This document shows positions 34,468-48,085 of a DNA stretch of 64,000 bases, piece by piece (the stretch's first letter is position 1; each line of letters opens with the position of its first letter). The notes beneath the pieces are model-generated. The model was not told where the DNA came from. It made no database searches and saw only the letters and a list, made by a program, of their open reading frames with translations. A program made the position numbers and the translations under genes. Source of the stretch: Eledone cirrhosa (lineage: Eukaryota); NCBI GenBank assembly GCA_964016885.1, contig OZ024742.1:307644001-307708000 (forward strand), given 5' to 3'.

Positions 34468-37400
34468 ATGACCTCACTCAGAATAGGCAGCATAAATGCG
34501 CGTGGCTTGGGGTCGTCATGGAAGCAGGGTCACCTGCTCAACGACCTAAGGTCACTAAACATAGATGTAGTGGCCATCAGCGAGACCAGAATCTCCGAAG
34601 CACGGGCCTTCGCACCGATCTTCGGCGGCTACGATGTGTACGCATCTCCCAGCCGTCCGGGATCGGGGGGAGGAGTTGCTGTGCTTTTTCGGAGAGGTTT
34701 GGATCTCGCCATACGGGCCATCTTCCTGGACCCAGAGGGTAAGCTGGTGGTGCTGGACGTGACCAGCGGAGACGGGCAAGCTTTCAGGCTAGTGGCCGTC
34801 TATGCCCCGACAGGAGCAGGGCGGCCTGATTTCTTCCGGCGTCTGGAGACCTTTCTTGGAATGTCCCGCTCTTTAGTGTTAGTGGGCGACTGGAACGGGA
34901 TCTTAGATGCACGCTGGGACTGTGTGGGATTAGCGGATAGGGGTGGAGGGTGCAAGAGCCTCACCAACCTGCTCAGGCGTTTTGAACTGTCTGACAGGTA
35001 CCGATTGGATTTCCCGAATGTGCCAATGGGAACTTGGACAAATCGCATAGGGCCATCCAGATCATATCTAGATAGAGTATTTTGTAGGGAAATAGATAGG
35101 TCTAGCATAGGCTGTCCACAATTCAAGATAGTCAGCTACACGGACCACAAATTCGTGATCTGCGTGCTTGACTTAGATAGGCTTCATAGACGAGGACCCG
35201 GCTACTGGAAACTAAACGCATCCTTACCAGCGCGCAAGGCCTACAGAGACCGGATTAGCGAACTAGTTAAGCGGGCGTTGACGGGGGCCATCGTCAACAA
35301 CAAGTGGTGGTTTGCTCTGAAAAGAGCAATTAGAATAGAGTCCATTAGGTTTAGTAAGACTTTAGCAATAGAGAAAAATAGAGCAGAGGGAGAATTAGTT
35401 AGAAAATTAGATGAGGCGCTTAGCAAAGGCATCGCGACCGACATACTTGCGGCGAAATTGGCCCTTGACCAATGCAAAGCACGAAGGCTGCGTTGTCAGA
35501 GCTAGGATGCGTGCTCTCAGACACGAGGTGACGAAAACCGTTCAATGGGCCCGAGTGGTGGAGGCGCGTCGTGGCAACAAAGCCACGATCCGGTCTTTGG
35601 TGGACCACGACGGGCGCATGCTACTCGATCCCGGGCAAATGTGTGAAGCTTTTCAGCGACACTTCGCTCAGCTGTTCGGGGGCAGTGGTGGGCCGGGTCG
35701 AGGGATGGACTTTAGTGTCTACCTCGACGGACTGCCGCGGCTCTCGGCCACTGAGGCGAGGTGTTGCGAAAAGCCGATAACAGCCGCTGAAGTAAGGGAG
35801 GCAATGACTGGCTGCACAAGTGCTAAATCGCCTGGTTTGGATGGTGTGCCCTATGAACTTTACGTACAGATGCCAGACTTGTTCGGAGGCCTCTTGGCGG
35901 ACGTCTACTGCAACTGGCAACAGAACGGGAGAATTCCCAGTTCTGTGAGCCGAGGAGCGGTGGCACTGCTGAGAAAGGATCCGAACAAGGGGGATAACAT
36001 AGATAATTTCCGGCCCATAACTCTGCTAAACACAGAGTTCAAGATTTTGGCCAAGGTGCTAGCAAAGAGGTTGGCGCTTGTCGTTGGTGGTCTGGTGGGA
36101 GAGGCGCAGACATGCGCCATTCCCGACAGATCCATCCACGACAACCTCCACCTCATGCGATACATCGTAGAGAGGGTAGCTAAGGAACCTGGCACGAGTG
36201 GGTCCTTGATCAATTTAGATCAGTCGAAAGCTTTCGATAGGGTCGACCATCGTTACCTAGCGGCAGTCCTGAGGGCGGCTGGCTTTGGGCCCGTCTTCAG
36301 AGGCTGGATCGCTGCCATGCACAGCGACATCTGCTCGGTGGTTAGAGTGAACGGTCACCTGTCGGAACCGTTCAACATCATGCGCTCGGTCCGCCAAGGA
36401 TGTCCCCTCTCGTCCCTCTTGTACGTATTGACTCTCGAGCCATTACTGCACAAACTGGAGACGTTGAGGGACGTCCCGCGCGAACTAGGATGCGGAAGAT
36501 CCGTGTCAGCATATGCGGACGATGTCACCGTAGTGGTGTCGAACGCCAAACACATCGAGGCGATCGGCACTACACTAAGAGAATACAAAGCGGTGACAGG
36601 AGCAATGATCAACCAGAAAAAGTCATTGAGCCTGCAGCTCGGCACCTGGAGAAGCAGGTCCATGCCGTCCAACAGCGTCGTCGGACGCTGGACGGACGGA
36701 CTGGTTAAATTGCTAGGGGTCTGGTTCGGTCCGGACCTCCAGACGGACAAAAACTGGGACGAGGTGACGAGCAGGGTGGCTTCTCTCACCCAGAAATGGG
36801 CGGAGAGGAAGCTATCCCTGAAAGGTCTAGCGGAGGTGGCGAACGCGTACATCGCGTCTGTCATCTGCTACCGCCTGACCGTCGTACCTTGTCCTAAGCC
36901 TCGCCTGACTGCGCTGGAGCGTTTGCTCTTTCGCTTTTTGTGGAAGGGACGCGCTCCGATGGTCAGGCGGTCCATCTGTTGTCAACACCCGCTACGTGGA
37001 GGGCTGGGCATGCACGCTGATGATGCGCAGGCACGCGCTCAGGCTACGACATCTCCACCTCTTCCTCGACGGTGATCAGGTGTGGTCGCCGTTTGCTAGA
37101 CACGTATTTCCCCAGCTCGTTTCCTTGACGGAGCTGCAGTCCTGGGTCAAGCGAAGACCGAGAGGGAGCGCCTGGAGACTGGAATGTCTTCAGGCGCTCA
37201 CAGCCCTCGACCAATCGGGCAATGTGATCGGTGGAAATCCACCTCGGCGTTCTATAGAGGATTAGTGGAGAGGAAGAGCGACGACGTACTTGGGGAAACT
37301 CTAGGCGTCGACGAAAATCAACTAGCCAATCTCTTCGGAAGAACTTTCGGGCCAGGGCCTATGGACAACTTCCAGAAATCTCTGGCCTGGAAGTGCTACC

Positions 37401-37876
37401 GAGGAGCCTTGCCAGTTCGGGATAAACTCTACAGGCATGGAGGTGCCGTCAGCCGGGCATGTCCGAGATGCGCGCAGGGCGACGAAACCGTCCTGCACGC
37501 ACTCGTCCAGTGTCCGAGCATTGCTGACTTGTGGGTTTATGTCGAACACCTGCTGTCGCGTTTAGGACGGATCCGGCTATCATCTGAGTCCATCGTGAGG
37601 ATTGCCCCGCCCTCCTCCTTTAGCCGGGAAGGGCAGGCAGTTTTTATCTGTCTGGTAGCCATTGCGAAAGAGATAGTATGGTGGACACGTTTGAAAGGGC
37701 TGAAGACGAGCACTTACCTCTTCGGTGATGCTCTGATTGACTTTTTCAAATTTCATTTGAAAAGGAAAATCAGAGTAGAGAGGGAAGTGCTCTCTTCCCA
37801 GCATTTTGTTGAAAGATGGGTGAGAGAAGCAAGAATGGCCCGAGTGAATGGGCCTACTCTGAGTATATATCTGTAA
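34468..37876 (+). pseudogene. ORF2 (APE-RT) with three frameshifts (~35470, ~37015, ~37238)
   Basis: Collinear fragments of 345, 554, 89 and 230 aa match copy 1. Confidence 0.92.
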
Positions 37877-38145
37877 ATTAAAGGTGGAAAACTGGGAGAG
37901 GGCACTTGCCTTGGTGGTCAGGGTCATTGTGGCTTTTTACTGGGCTTTCTCCACAAATGTCCCTCCGAAGTCTCCCCCCTATTGGGGAATTTTTCATTGT
38001 TATTTTTTGTTACACCCTCTGTTTTTTTTTTTTTGTTTTTTTTTTTGTTTTTTTACACGCAGAAATGCCCATTTGTACCGTCCTGTATTGTCCTGCACTG
38101 TCCTTAATGTCTACTTTATGTAAACCCTTGTTGTTAATAAAGAAA

Positions 38146-38190
<45 letters not shown>

Positions 38191-39120
38191 GTATCTCTAG
38201 ATATTACGTATAATTTTGCTCCGTAAGTTTTGTTGATTTTCACTTGTTTGCATAACGTTCATTGTTAAAATTATTTTACAAACTGTTAAAGGGGCGCCAT
38301 ACCTTGTCCACAAAAATAGGCACCCACATAATATTTGGACCTTTAGCCCAAATATATGAACTTTAGTTTCTTAATTTTCACACATTTAAGCGTTTTAAAA
38401 AAACGGAGGTGACAAGCTAGTCTTCTTCCAACCACCTGTCACGTGATATTCATTCAATAAAAATATAGGAAAATAAATATCCCACATTATCAGGATTTAA
38501 CACCACCACCACCACCTTCACCATGTCCAGAGAATCAACACAAAAACAAACAAACAAAAACAAACAAATATAATCAAACAGCAAAAATACTAGTACCACC
38601 TTCAGTATCAGCACAATCACCAACTCCACCAACACCATAACAACAAAAAACACTGACATAAATACGAATGTGAACAGCAACAACAGTGACAGAAGGACAG
38701 AAGCAGTAACAACAACATCAACGGTAGGAGCAACAGCAGTAGCAACAAAATTAACTCAAACCTCTCAACCGATTATACCGAAGATACGCCTAGGACAACA
38801 AAATTCGCCTTCGCACACTCGTCGACCGTTCGAGTATTGCTTGTTTGCAGGTTTATTTTGAACATCTGCTGTCACGTGTAGAACGGATCCAGCGATCAGC
38901 TGACTCCAACGGGAAGATTACCCCACCACTTTTCTTTAGCCGGGAAGGGCAGGCAGTTTTGATCTGCCTGGTGGCCATGGCAAAAGAGGTCGTATGGTGA
39001 ACACGCCTGAAAGGGTTGAAGACAAGGACTTTCCTCTTCAGCGAAACCCTGATTTACTTTTCAGGTTTCACTTGAAGAGGAAAATCAGGATGTAGAGAGA
39101 AGTGCTGTTTCTCTTCTAAT
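38191..39120 (+). mobile_element. Internally deleted, older Tx1-like copy 4 (third 5' leader type + diverged ORF2 3' fragment)
   Basis: Starts after (TTA)n with GCTCCGTAAG at +28, followed by a low-complexity ORF1-like stretch. 38845-39115 matches the ORF2 end (AGCCGGGAAGGGCAGGCAGTTTT..TGGTGGCCATGGC). Confidence 0.75.
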
Positions 39121-39905
39121 GGAACAAAGATGGACTGTTTCGCCTCGGCTGGTATGTGACCACTCTCATATATTACATTACATATGACTTTTATTACATA
39201 AAGGCTTCTTTGGTTGTACACTCATTTATTACATTTACATTCTGTCGCATGTATCTAAATCTTATATTGGAAATTCGTTTTCTCCAGTTACTTTCCGATC
39301 CTTATTTGATTTTGTTGCTTTTTTCTAATTATTTTTTAAAAGCTTCTGTTTCCATTAGCAAATTCAGAATTGAGAACAGGGCGCCAGGTTCCCTCATTAT
39401 ATATTAATTTTATGTATTCAACCCATCTAAATGAAATCTGTTCAGGATCAAACAGTATGTTGCCAGTCTTGTATGAATGAAATTTATATTATACACCACT
39501 AACGTATTCAAATATTTTGTAACTTCAAGATGCATTTGGATTTCAGGTTGTTAGATCACAATACTGATAAATTATTTTCTTCATATTCTTCCTCCCCGAC
39601 CTCCGCCGCTATATCATCTCTATTACATTCATCATCTTCATATTCATTACAACTCATTCTAACTCCAACATTATCACCACCGTCACCGACAACAACTACA
39701 ACAAAAATAAAACCATCAATTTATTCCGTAGTAATAATTCATCATAGCCCACAAAGAAATCTGTGGATTTAAATTGATTTATGAAAAGCGGCAGGAAATT
39801 TTGAAATAACATGTCAATGGATATGAAGAATGGAAGGATTCCAATCTGAGACTCAATTGAAATATGTAGAATTTTTTCCTCCTTTTATTATAACGCTATC
39901 TCTTA

Positions 39906-39964
<59 letters not shown>

Positions 39965-39970
39965 CACACA

Positions 39971-40036
<66 letters not shown>

Positions 40037-40180
40037 TATATGTATATATATATGTATGTATACTTATATAAGAAATGAAATGAAACTCATCTAGAAATGC
40101 GAGAGTGTGTATCAATAAATATGTATATATACCTACGCATATATATGTATGCATCTCTCTCTCTCTCTCTGTCTGTCTCT

Positions 40181-40256
<76 letters not shown>

Positions 40257-40336
40257 GCTCTCTCTCTATCTATCTATCTATTTCTCCATATTTCTCTCAT
40301 TCTCTCCTTCTCTCTCCTCCCTCTCTTTCTCTCTCG

Positions 40337-40414
<78 letters not shown>

Positions 40415-40428
40415 AAAGGATGTGTTAT

Positions 40429-40606
40429 GTCTTCATTACGTTTATTGAGTAGTGACACGCGTTTCACCATTGATCAGCTCAAGGTCGATTTGTATCGATC
40501 TAGCCGGACTCCGGAATCAAAAGCTCGTCAGACCTCTGGTGTGGTTATAACAGCAGAGCTGATCAATAGTGAAACGCGCGTCACTACCCAATAAACGTAA
40601 TGAAGA
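40429..40606. mobile_element. Fold-back micro-element carrying a hammerhead (40451-40534, minus strand)
   Basis: ~50 bp inverted arms. Minus strand reads GGU-CUGACGA-GCUUUUGAU...AUCAAUGGU-GAAAC-GCGU-GUC-ACU, then AATAAA. Confidence 0.7.
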
Positions 40607-40785
40607 GAATAAATCGTCCTTCTATTATTATAGTTACACACTGCTTAGATCTACACCCTTTAGACACTGGAAACTACGCATCGAGTGCTCACACGGGTGA
40701 ACCTACAGTAAATGCACTTTCATTCATTCATATATGTATGCATTATGCATATATATGTATGAATACACACACACTCACACACACA

Positions 40786-40879
<94 letters not shown>

Positions 40880-41315
40880 CATAGCACATATATGAAAATA
40901 CTCAATTATTAAAAACTATAAAATCGATTGTAATTTATTTTCGTTTCTCTCCATAGAAATCCAACTGAGCTATTGTGCTTGGAAATTAACTTGTCACTCA
41001 CTAAAACCTTTTGATTTTCACAACTAGTTTCAGATATTTCAAATTATTGATTTCCTTTAACTATACACAGCACCAATTTTTAGAAGAAAAGTGTGAAATA
41101 TATTTGGACGTAAGCGTGGCTGAGTGGATATGGCTAACACTCTTCTACGAGAATGGCCAGTCGACCTTTCAGTGAAATACCATGCACAAATACATACACT
41201 CTTCTACTCGTAAACTAATTTCAATCTACCACTTTTTTTAATCGATTACTAGGTTGCAAAACGCTAAGTTAAGAGGCCTACGCAAACGTAACCAGTTATT
41301 TAGCAGAACACACAT

Positions 41316-41386
<71 letters not shown>

Positions 41387-42165
41387 ATAGGGAGAAAAAG
41401 ACGATTATTAGGAAGAAAACTATATTTTTTTCCTTTTATTTTCTCTCTTTTTTCTGGGTTAGAAAATGTTTAAAACAAAATGTTTTACTTTGTGTGAAGT
41501 GTTAAGGTATTAGTTAATTTATTTATTAATTAACAATGGCATTTATATACTCTTTTACCTGTTTCAGCCATCCGGCTGAGGCCATGCTGGGGCACCGCCC
41601 TATATATTATATATTCTCAGGAAAATAGAAAAACTAGGCGCATGGAAGCTGTTAAAACATCAAAATACTGCCAATATTGACCCGAAGAAAAGTAGAGAAG
41701 ATACGAAGGAGGAAATAGAATGGATGAATGAGAACAGGCCACAAACATTAAAATATGCTCTTCAGATCTCAACCTTCTGCATTTTCGACGATGATCTCTA
41801 TCCTTCGAGGCAATATTTTACCCAACGCCGCTTCAACGGTATTTTGCTGTTTTAAAAGCTTTCATACGCCGAATTTTTCCATTTTCCTAAGAATTCTAAT
41901 ACACTCGTGTCTGAAAACTCGATTTTCGAGTTAATCTGTTTATATATATATACATATGTGTATAATATAAAACGGAAAATCAGTGATGCATCTGAACTCA
42001 ATTTATTGTGTGTTACAATTGTTTCGCCAGCGGACAGCTCGAGACGCGATCATTGTGTGGATCTGTCTGATTCTGGACCCGCAGGTTCGACGAACACGTC
42101 TAATGATTTCGGAGAATATATATATGTATATATATATAATATAATATAAGTATATAAGTTTATCC

Positions 42166-42283
42166 TTGGTTCAATCGGGGGTAACCACAGTAAGTAAGGT
42201 ACTCAATACAAAGCAGAGTATAAATATTTAATATAGAAAAGCTTCTACAGGACTAGAATGAAACAGTTCTAGTCCTGTAGTAG

Positions 42284-42290
<7 letters not shown>
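42166..42290. mobile_element. Palindromic PLE-pLTR-derived micro-element family (also 46063-46240 and 60165-60316)
   Basis: Shared CTACAGGACTAGAA...GAAACAGTTCTAGTCCTGTAG hairpin and GTAACCACAGTAAGTA arm. CTGATGA core present in two copies. Confidence 0.7.
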
Positions 42291-42370
<80 letters not shown>

Positions 42371-42480
42371 AACAAGTATGACACCGACGGCAGATCTCAA
42401 GCCGTTTCGACGTCTACTACCCTAAGTATTGAGTACCTGGTGCGTTATGGTCCATCTGGTTCCTTACCACATTTCCTTCG

Positions 42481-42519
<39 letters not shown>

Positions 42520-42903
42520 TGTTGGATTTTTATAGAATTCCAGTAATAATCACCAACTGATTATACAGAGCGGTTGCCGGTCCAGCAAAAATTGAAAATT
42601 AGAATTGGTGCTCTGAAATAGCGATATATATATATGAATGTATATGTAGTGTATTTTACAATACACTGTATACTTAATTAAAAGCATTTTGAAGACTATG
42701 TCACTTACTTCTTTTTTCAACAAACAAAGCGAGATAAGCTGACAGATCTCTGTTTCATACTGTTGGTATTCCTCAGAGCTTAGCATTCCCCTTGTTTGTT
42801 GAACATTATGAATGTTGGATTATTATAGAATTCCAGTAAAACTCACCAACTGATTATACAGAGCTGGTGCTGAAAAAGCGATATATATATATATATATGT
42901 GTG

Positions 42904-42956
<53 letters not shown>

Positions 42957-43226
42957 CGCGTCGGGCTCCTGCGCTGTGTCCGCCCGTCAAATCTCATCCT
43001 GCTTACTTTGTTCTATCTGAGATCATATCAGATGACAATTGTTTTGTTGAAGCAACGTGAAGAACATTCTTTTATCATTGATAATACAATCGATCTGTCA
43101 TACAATTTTACTGCACAAACTTGTGATGGTGTGATGCTTTGAAGATTATATCCATCATTCTCAGAACCCTTTAAATATGTCATGGAAAGTACCCTCCCAC
43201 CCTGACATAAGCTATTATTATTTTAA

Positions 43227-43445
43227 GGCGATGGATTGGCAGTATCGGTAGAGAGCTGAACACCATGCTTTGCAGCATAGAGTTACGGGCCTTTACAATC
43301 TGAGTTCAAATCACACCGAGGTTAACTTTGCCTTTCATCCTCACGTGTTCGATAAAATAAAGTACTAGTCACGCACTGGGGTTGATTTAATAGACTTCCC
43401 CCTCCCCAAATTGCTGGCCTTGTGCCTGTATAAGAAACAATTATT
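43227..43445 (+). mobile_element. tRNA-derived SINE (same family as 1236-1422)
   Basis: TGGCAGTATCGG A box, GAGTTCAAATC B box, Meta-like core, tail GGCCTTGTGCCTGTATAAGAAACAATTATT. Confidence 0.88.
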
Positions 43446-44449
43446 TAGAGCAATCGACTGTGGTTATGGTTTTTTCTGAGTTTGAGATTTCTACATTTTA
43501 TAAAGAATATATATATGTCTGTGTGTAAGTGCGCGAGTGTTTGTGCGTGTGTTTGTCTGCCGTAGTATATGCGTGTATCTATTTTGACTGGTAAAACAGC
43601 TGGTGTTGCGCTTGAAATTCATTTGATGGTCATACTTTGAGTACTAGGAGAGACTCAGACTGAATTAGGTGACAGTTGTCAATGTACAAATCACTCGATG
43701 GTGTCAAGTGGAAATCCCGTAAGTTAAAGTCTAGAAGTTGTGAACGCAGCAAGACCGAGTGATTAAGAAGTTAGCTTTGCATCATTTGTTCCTGATTTCC
43801 ATCCCACTGCGTACCATATTGGGCAAGTTTCATTTACCATAATCTAGGGACGACACATTCCTTGTAAGTGAAATTATGTAGACAGAAACTGTTTGGTTAC
43901 CCATGCAATCCACAGTAGCTGTAATTCAACCGACCTGCTTTATCGCACACTGAGTCATTTTAATTATGCTAATGGTTCACATCTCTTCAGATGCTGAGCC
44001 ACTTACACATTAATGTATTGAGCAGGCTGTTCTTTTGATTGAAACATTACAACACAGATCGTTGAAACCGACGGAGATCTATTCCATTCTAGAAATAAAT
44101 ACATAATTGATGGTGGAATTATTTGAGTCCCTAAATATATAGATGATGTTGAGGTTTTGTAACGCAACAATAGCATTCATTTAGTACATTTATGTAGTAG
44201 AACTACCAATAATGCAATTGCGATCAATACCATCAATATCAGTATCTACATCAGTGTCATCATCTACTAATGATGTTGATGATGATAGTTAGTTATGATG
44301 ATGACTATGACGATGCTGACGGCGATGGCGATAATAATAACGATGATGACGACCATGATGATAATGGTGAGGATGATGATAAAAAGAAGAAAGGGCTGTA
44401 ATCACAATACCCACAGCAACAGCAGTGCCGCCGCCATTGCTACCACTAA

Positions 44450-44812
44450 CAACAACAACAACAACAACAACAACAATTGTACAGTAGTAACACTGACATC
44501 AACAACAATAAAATCAAACAAACAACAACAACAACAACAATTGTACAGTAGCAGCACTGACATCAACAACAATAAAATCAAACAAACAACAACAACAACA
44601 ACAATTGTACAGTAGCAGCACTGACATCAACAACAATAAAATCAAACAAACAACAACAACAACAACAACAATTGTACAGTAGCAGCACTGACATCAACAA
44701 CAATAAAATCAAACAAACAAACAACAACAACAACAACAATTGTACAGTAGCAGCACTGGCATCAACAACAATAAAATCAAACAAACACAATAACAAACAA
44801 CAACAACAACAA
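44450..44812 (+). repeat. Minisatellite, ~64-68 bp unit x5 with variable (CAA)n
   Basis: Repeated CAATTGTACAGTAGCAGCACTGACATCAACAACAATAAAATCAAAC. Confidence 0.92.
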
Positions 44813-45104
44813 CTACAGTCACCAGAACAACTAGAAAGAGCGATGACTAAAATGAACTAAAATGGTATTCTACGACTAATGGATGAGAACTGAAGTCTTT
44901 CTGAAAGCTTGGTTAAAAAATAACATACCACAAACAGACAAAAAAAAAGGACAAAAAAACAACAAAGCAATGACAATGTAATATTTTATTTTTAGGTCCA
45001 CTCGGAAGAATGGATTCTGGAAATGGTGCTTTTATTTGATTACGCACAAACACACACAGCTTCTCCCTCACATACACACACACACACACACACACAAACA
45101 CACA

Positions 45105-45149
<45 letters not shown>

Positions 45150-45317
45150 TCTCTCTCACACACACGCTCTCTCTCTCTCACACACACACCTTCTCTCTCT
45201 CACATACACCCCCCACACACATACTCTCTCTCTCACACACACACACTCTCTCTCACACACACACACTCTCTCTCTCTCTCACATACACACATACAAACAC
45301 GTACACGCACACAAACA

Positions 45318-45359
<42 letters not shown>

Positions 45360-45520
45360 TACACATACATTCTATCTAAGTTTGGGGACTCGTTTGGGTT
45401 TATATGCTGGGCGTTTTTGTAACCGTCATTTAAAATTTCTATTGTTACATTTACGTATCTCTCCCTCACTCTATTATCCAACTTAAAAATGCACATACTT
45501 CTACAGATATATGGATATAC

Positions 45521-45584
<64 letters not shown>

Positions 45585-45940
45585 GTAACCCATATATATG
45601 TAGATTATATATATATATACGTATGTATACCTATATATCTGTAGAAGTATATATATATATATATATATATATAAATACATATATATATATAGATATATAT
45701 ATATATGTGTGTGTGCGTGTGTGTGAGTGTGTGTGTGTGCATTTATATATGCGTAAATGTATGCATCCATATGTACGCATCCAAATGTATGCATCCAATG
45801 TATACTTATATATTGTTTGACGCTCGATTTTCACAATATATATATATATAAATATATATATTGTTTATCACATAACTATTAAGCTCTGTAACCTACATAA
45901 GCGCACTCTTTTTTCCTGGACCTTTCCGACGGAATTACTT

Positions 45941-46062
<122 letters not shown>

Positions 46063-46243
46063 TGAGATTCTACAGGACTAGAACTGTTTCATTCTTTAGA
46101 AATCATCAGATTCCCGATCATTTCTAAAGAATGAAACAGTTCTAGTTCTGTAGAATCTCATCTATATTAAAACTTTTATACTCTGCTATATATTGAGTAC
46201 CTTACTTACTGTGGTTACCTGCGATTCAACCCGGAATAACTTA

Positions 46244-46271
<28 letters not shown>

Positions 46272-46278
<7 letters not shown>

Positions 46279-47078
46279 TATGAAGGGAGAAGAAACATTT
46301 AGATATAATTAGTAATAAAATGTATCATACCTAAACTGTTCCTAAATTCCTCGACTACGTAGTTTCGTGGCATAAACAAAAACAATATATCAAAGATATA
46401 GAGTCCTTGCGAGGTCTGCCGACTTATCAAGAGGATACCTCATTTTACTAGTCTCAAGAACGCGTCTACACGACGTGAGAAAGAATCCCAAAAGGCGGAG
46501 GGGGAGATAGTCACGCGATATAACGGTCGAGAAACAGAGCTAAGCCTCCTATAACCACGAAGAAAATACCACGGAGGCGGAGGGGGTATTCATATCGAGG
46601 CCGTAGAAGAGGTAGTGAAGAAGGCGAGAAGTATGAGTAATGGAAGCTTTCCAGTTGTCCCCACACTTCAAAGATTGCTCGACCAGAGGGAGTTATTAAT
46701 ATATTTAGAAACACACAGATACACGCGGACACACACATATATACATGAATGCATCCGCACCCAACTGTGAGTTAAGGGTGCCAACTTCACCGATGTTGCT
46801 CAATGAATGACTGGGACAGACCAATTCAGTTTGAACTAGACTGAACCAGTATCAGAGTTAAAAATACATTATGAAGAGAGAAGAAACATTTAGATATAAT
46901 TAGTAATAAAATGTATCATACCTAAACTGTTCCTAAATTCCTCGACTACGTACTTTCGTGGCATAAACAAAAACAATATATCAAAGATATAGAGTCCTTG
47001 CGAGGTCTGCCGACTTATCAAGAGTATACCTCATTTTACTAGTCTCAAGAACGCGTCTACACGACGTGAGAAAGAATC
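46272..47078 (-). mobile_element. Direct-repeat (~215 bp, period ~591 bp) ORF-less element with hammerheads; retrozyme-like or PLE remnant
   Basis: 46272-46488 is similar to 46864-47078, and each repeat contains a hammerhead motif. Confidence 0.75.
46348..46435 (-). ncRNA. Type I hammerhead ribozyme, U3-A8 core variant
   Basis: UCCUC-UUGAUAA-GU(C)GGCA...UGCCAC-GAAAC-UACGUA-GUC-GAGGA. Confidence 0.75.
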
Positions 47079-47293
47079 GTGCTTCAGACAAGATACTTAG
47101 ATATTTGCGTTTCTCAGATCATGTGTGTATATATAATTGTGTATGTGACTATTTCCATGTCTATATTAGCATCTTTGTCTACAAATACCTTCCCCCGCCC
47201 CAGTTCTCCTCCTTCTACCTCTTATAGGTCATATTCAAATTAGATAAAACAAAAATATTCCAAATATTATTCAATAACGAAACATAAATAAGA

Positions 47294-47418
<125 letters not shown>

Positions 47419-47464
47419 TTCTTATTTCTTCCTTCCTTTCTACACCACATTATTATTTCTCTAA

Positions 47465-47580
47465 ATTCAAATCCCGCCGAGGTTAATTTTGCCTTTCATC
47501 CTTACGGGGTCGATAAAATAAAGTACCAGTAATGTACTGGGTAATTTCTGGCCTTGTGCCAAAAGTAGAAACAATTATTA
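47465..47580 (+). mobile_element. 5'-truncated SINE with TSD
   Basis: Runs from the B box to the tail, flanked by duplicated ATTATTATTTCTCTAAAT. Confidence 0.85.
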
Positions 47581-47885
47581 TTTCTCTAAATCAGTCATGT
47601 GAAACGTGCGCGAGTTTGACTTCTTGAATGGCACGCCTAATTCCAATATTGTATTGAACCTTCTTGGAGTGCGGCCTGCCATATAATGAGCCACGTCCTA
47701 TGTTTCACTGCTCGAAAATGGTTACCCACGCCTGGTCTACATGCTGGAGTCATACTCCTTATCTCTTCCTGTTTTTCTCTCTCTCCCCATTCAATATATT
47801 TTTCTCCTTTGGTTTCCTTTCGTTTTTCCCTTCCTTTTTAGTTGGCGCACTTCGGTTTGTTGCATTGTATATATATATATATATA

Positions 47886-47959
<74 letters not shown>

Positions 47960-48005
47960 CGTAAAATAAGAAAATTATAAAATTAACTTACTTACTAAAA
48001 TATCA

Positions 48006-48085
48006 CTTCCAACTAATTAGTTTCTGGAATGGAATAAATATATTTTCCGAAGAAAACACAGAGAATCATTCCGTCGTCAGGGAAG
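48006..48085 (-). ncRNA. Type I hammerhead ribozyme in a solo pLTR-like segment
   Basis: CUUCC-CUGACGA-CGGAAUG...CAUUCCA-GAAAC-UAAUUA-GUU-GGAAG. Confidence 0.72.

Larger units (their letters stand above)
32117..38190 (+). mobile_element. L1/Tx1-clade LINE copy 3 (ORF1 type alpha; frameshifted)
   Basis: Near-identical to copy 1 over its full length. (TTA)n tail 38148-38190. Confidence 0.95.

Noticed and set aside
15581-37927. Antisense and alternate-frame ORFs of 100-250 aa overlapping RT genes
   Set aside because: Shadow ORFs. Recurrence only reflects near-identical element copies.
20282-38190. Simple segmental tandem duplication or assembly artefact
   Set aside because: Copies have independent mutations, the middle copy has a different ORF1, and each is bounded exactly by element termini. 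Long-read confirmation is still advisable.
44450-44812. CRISPR-like repeat-spacer pattern
   Set aside because: The spacers are only (CAA)n length variants, the context is eukaryotic, and there are no cas genes.
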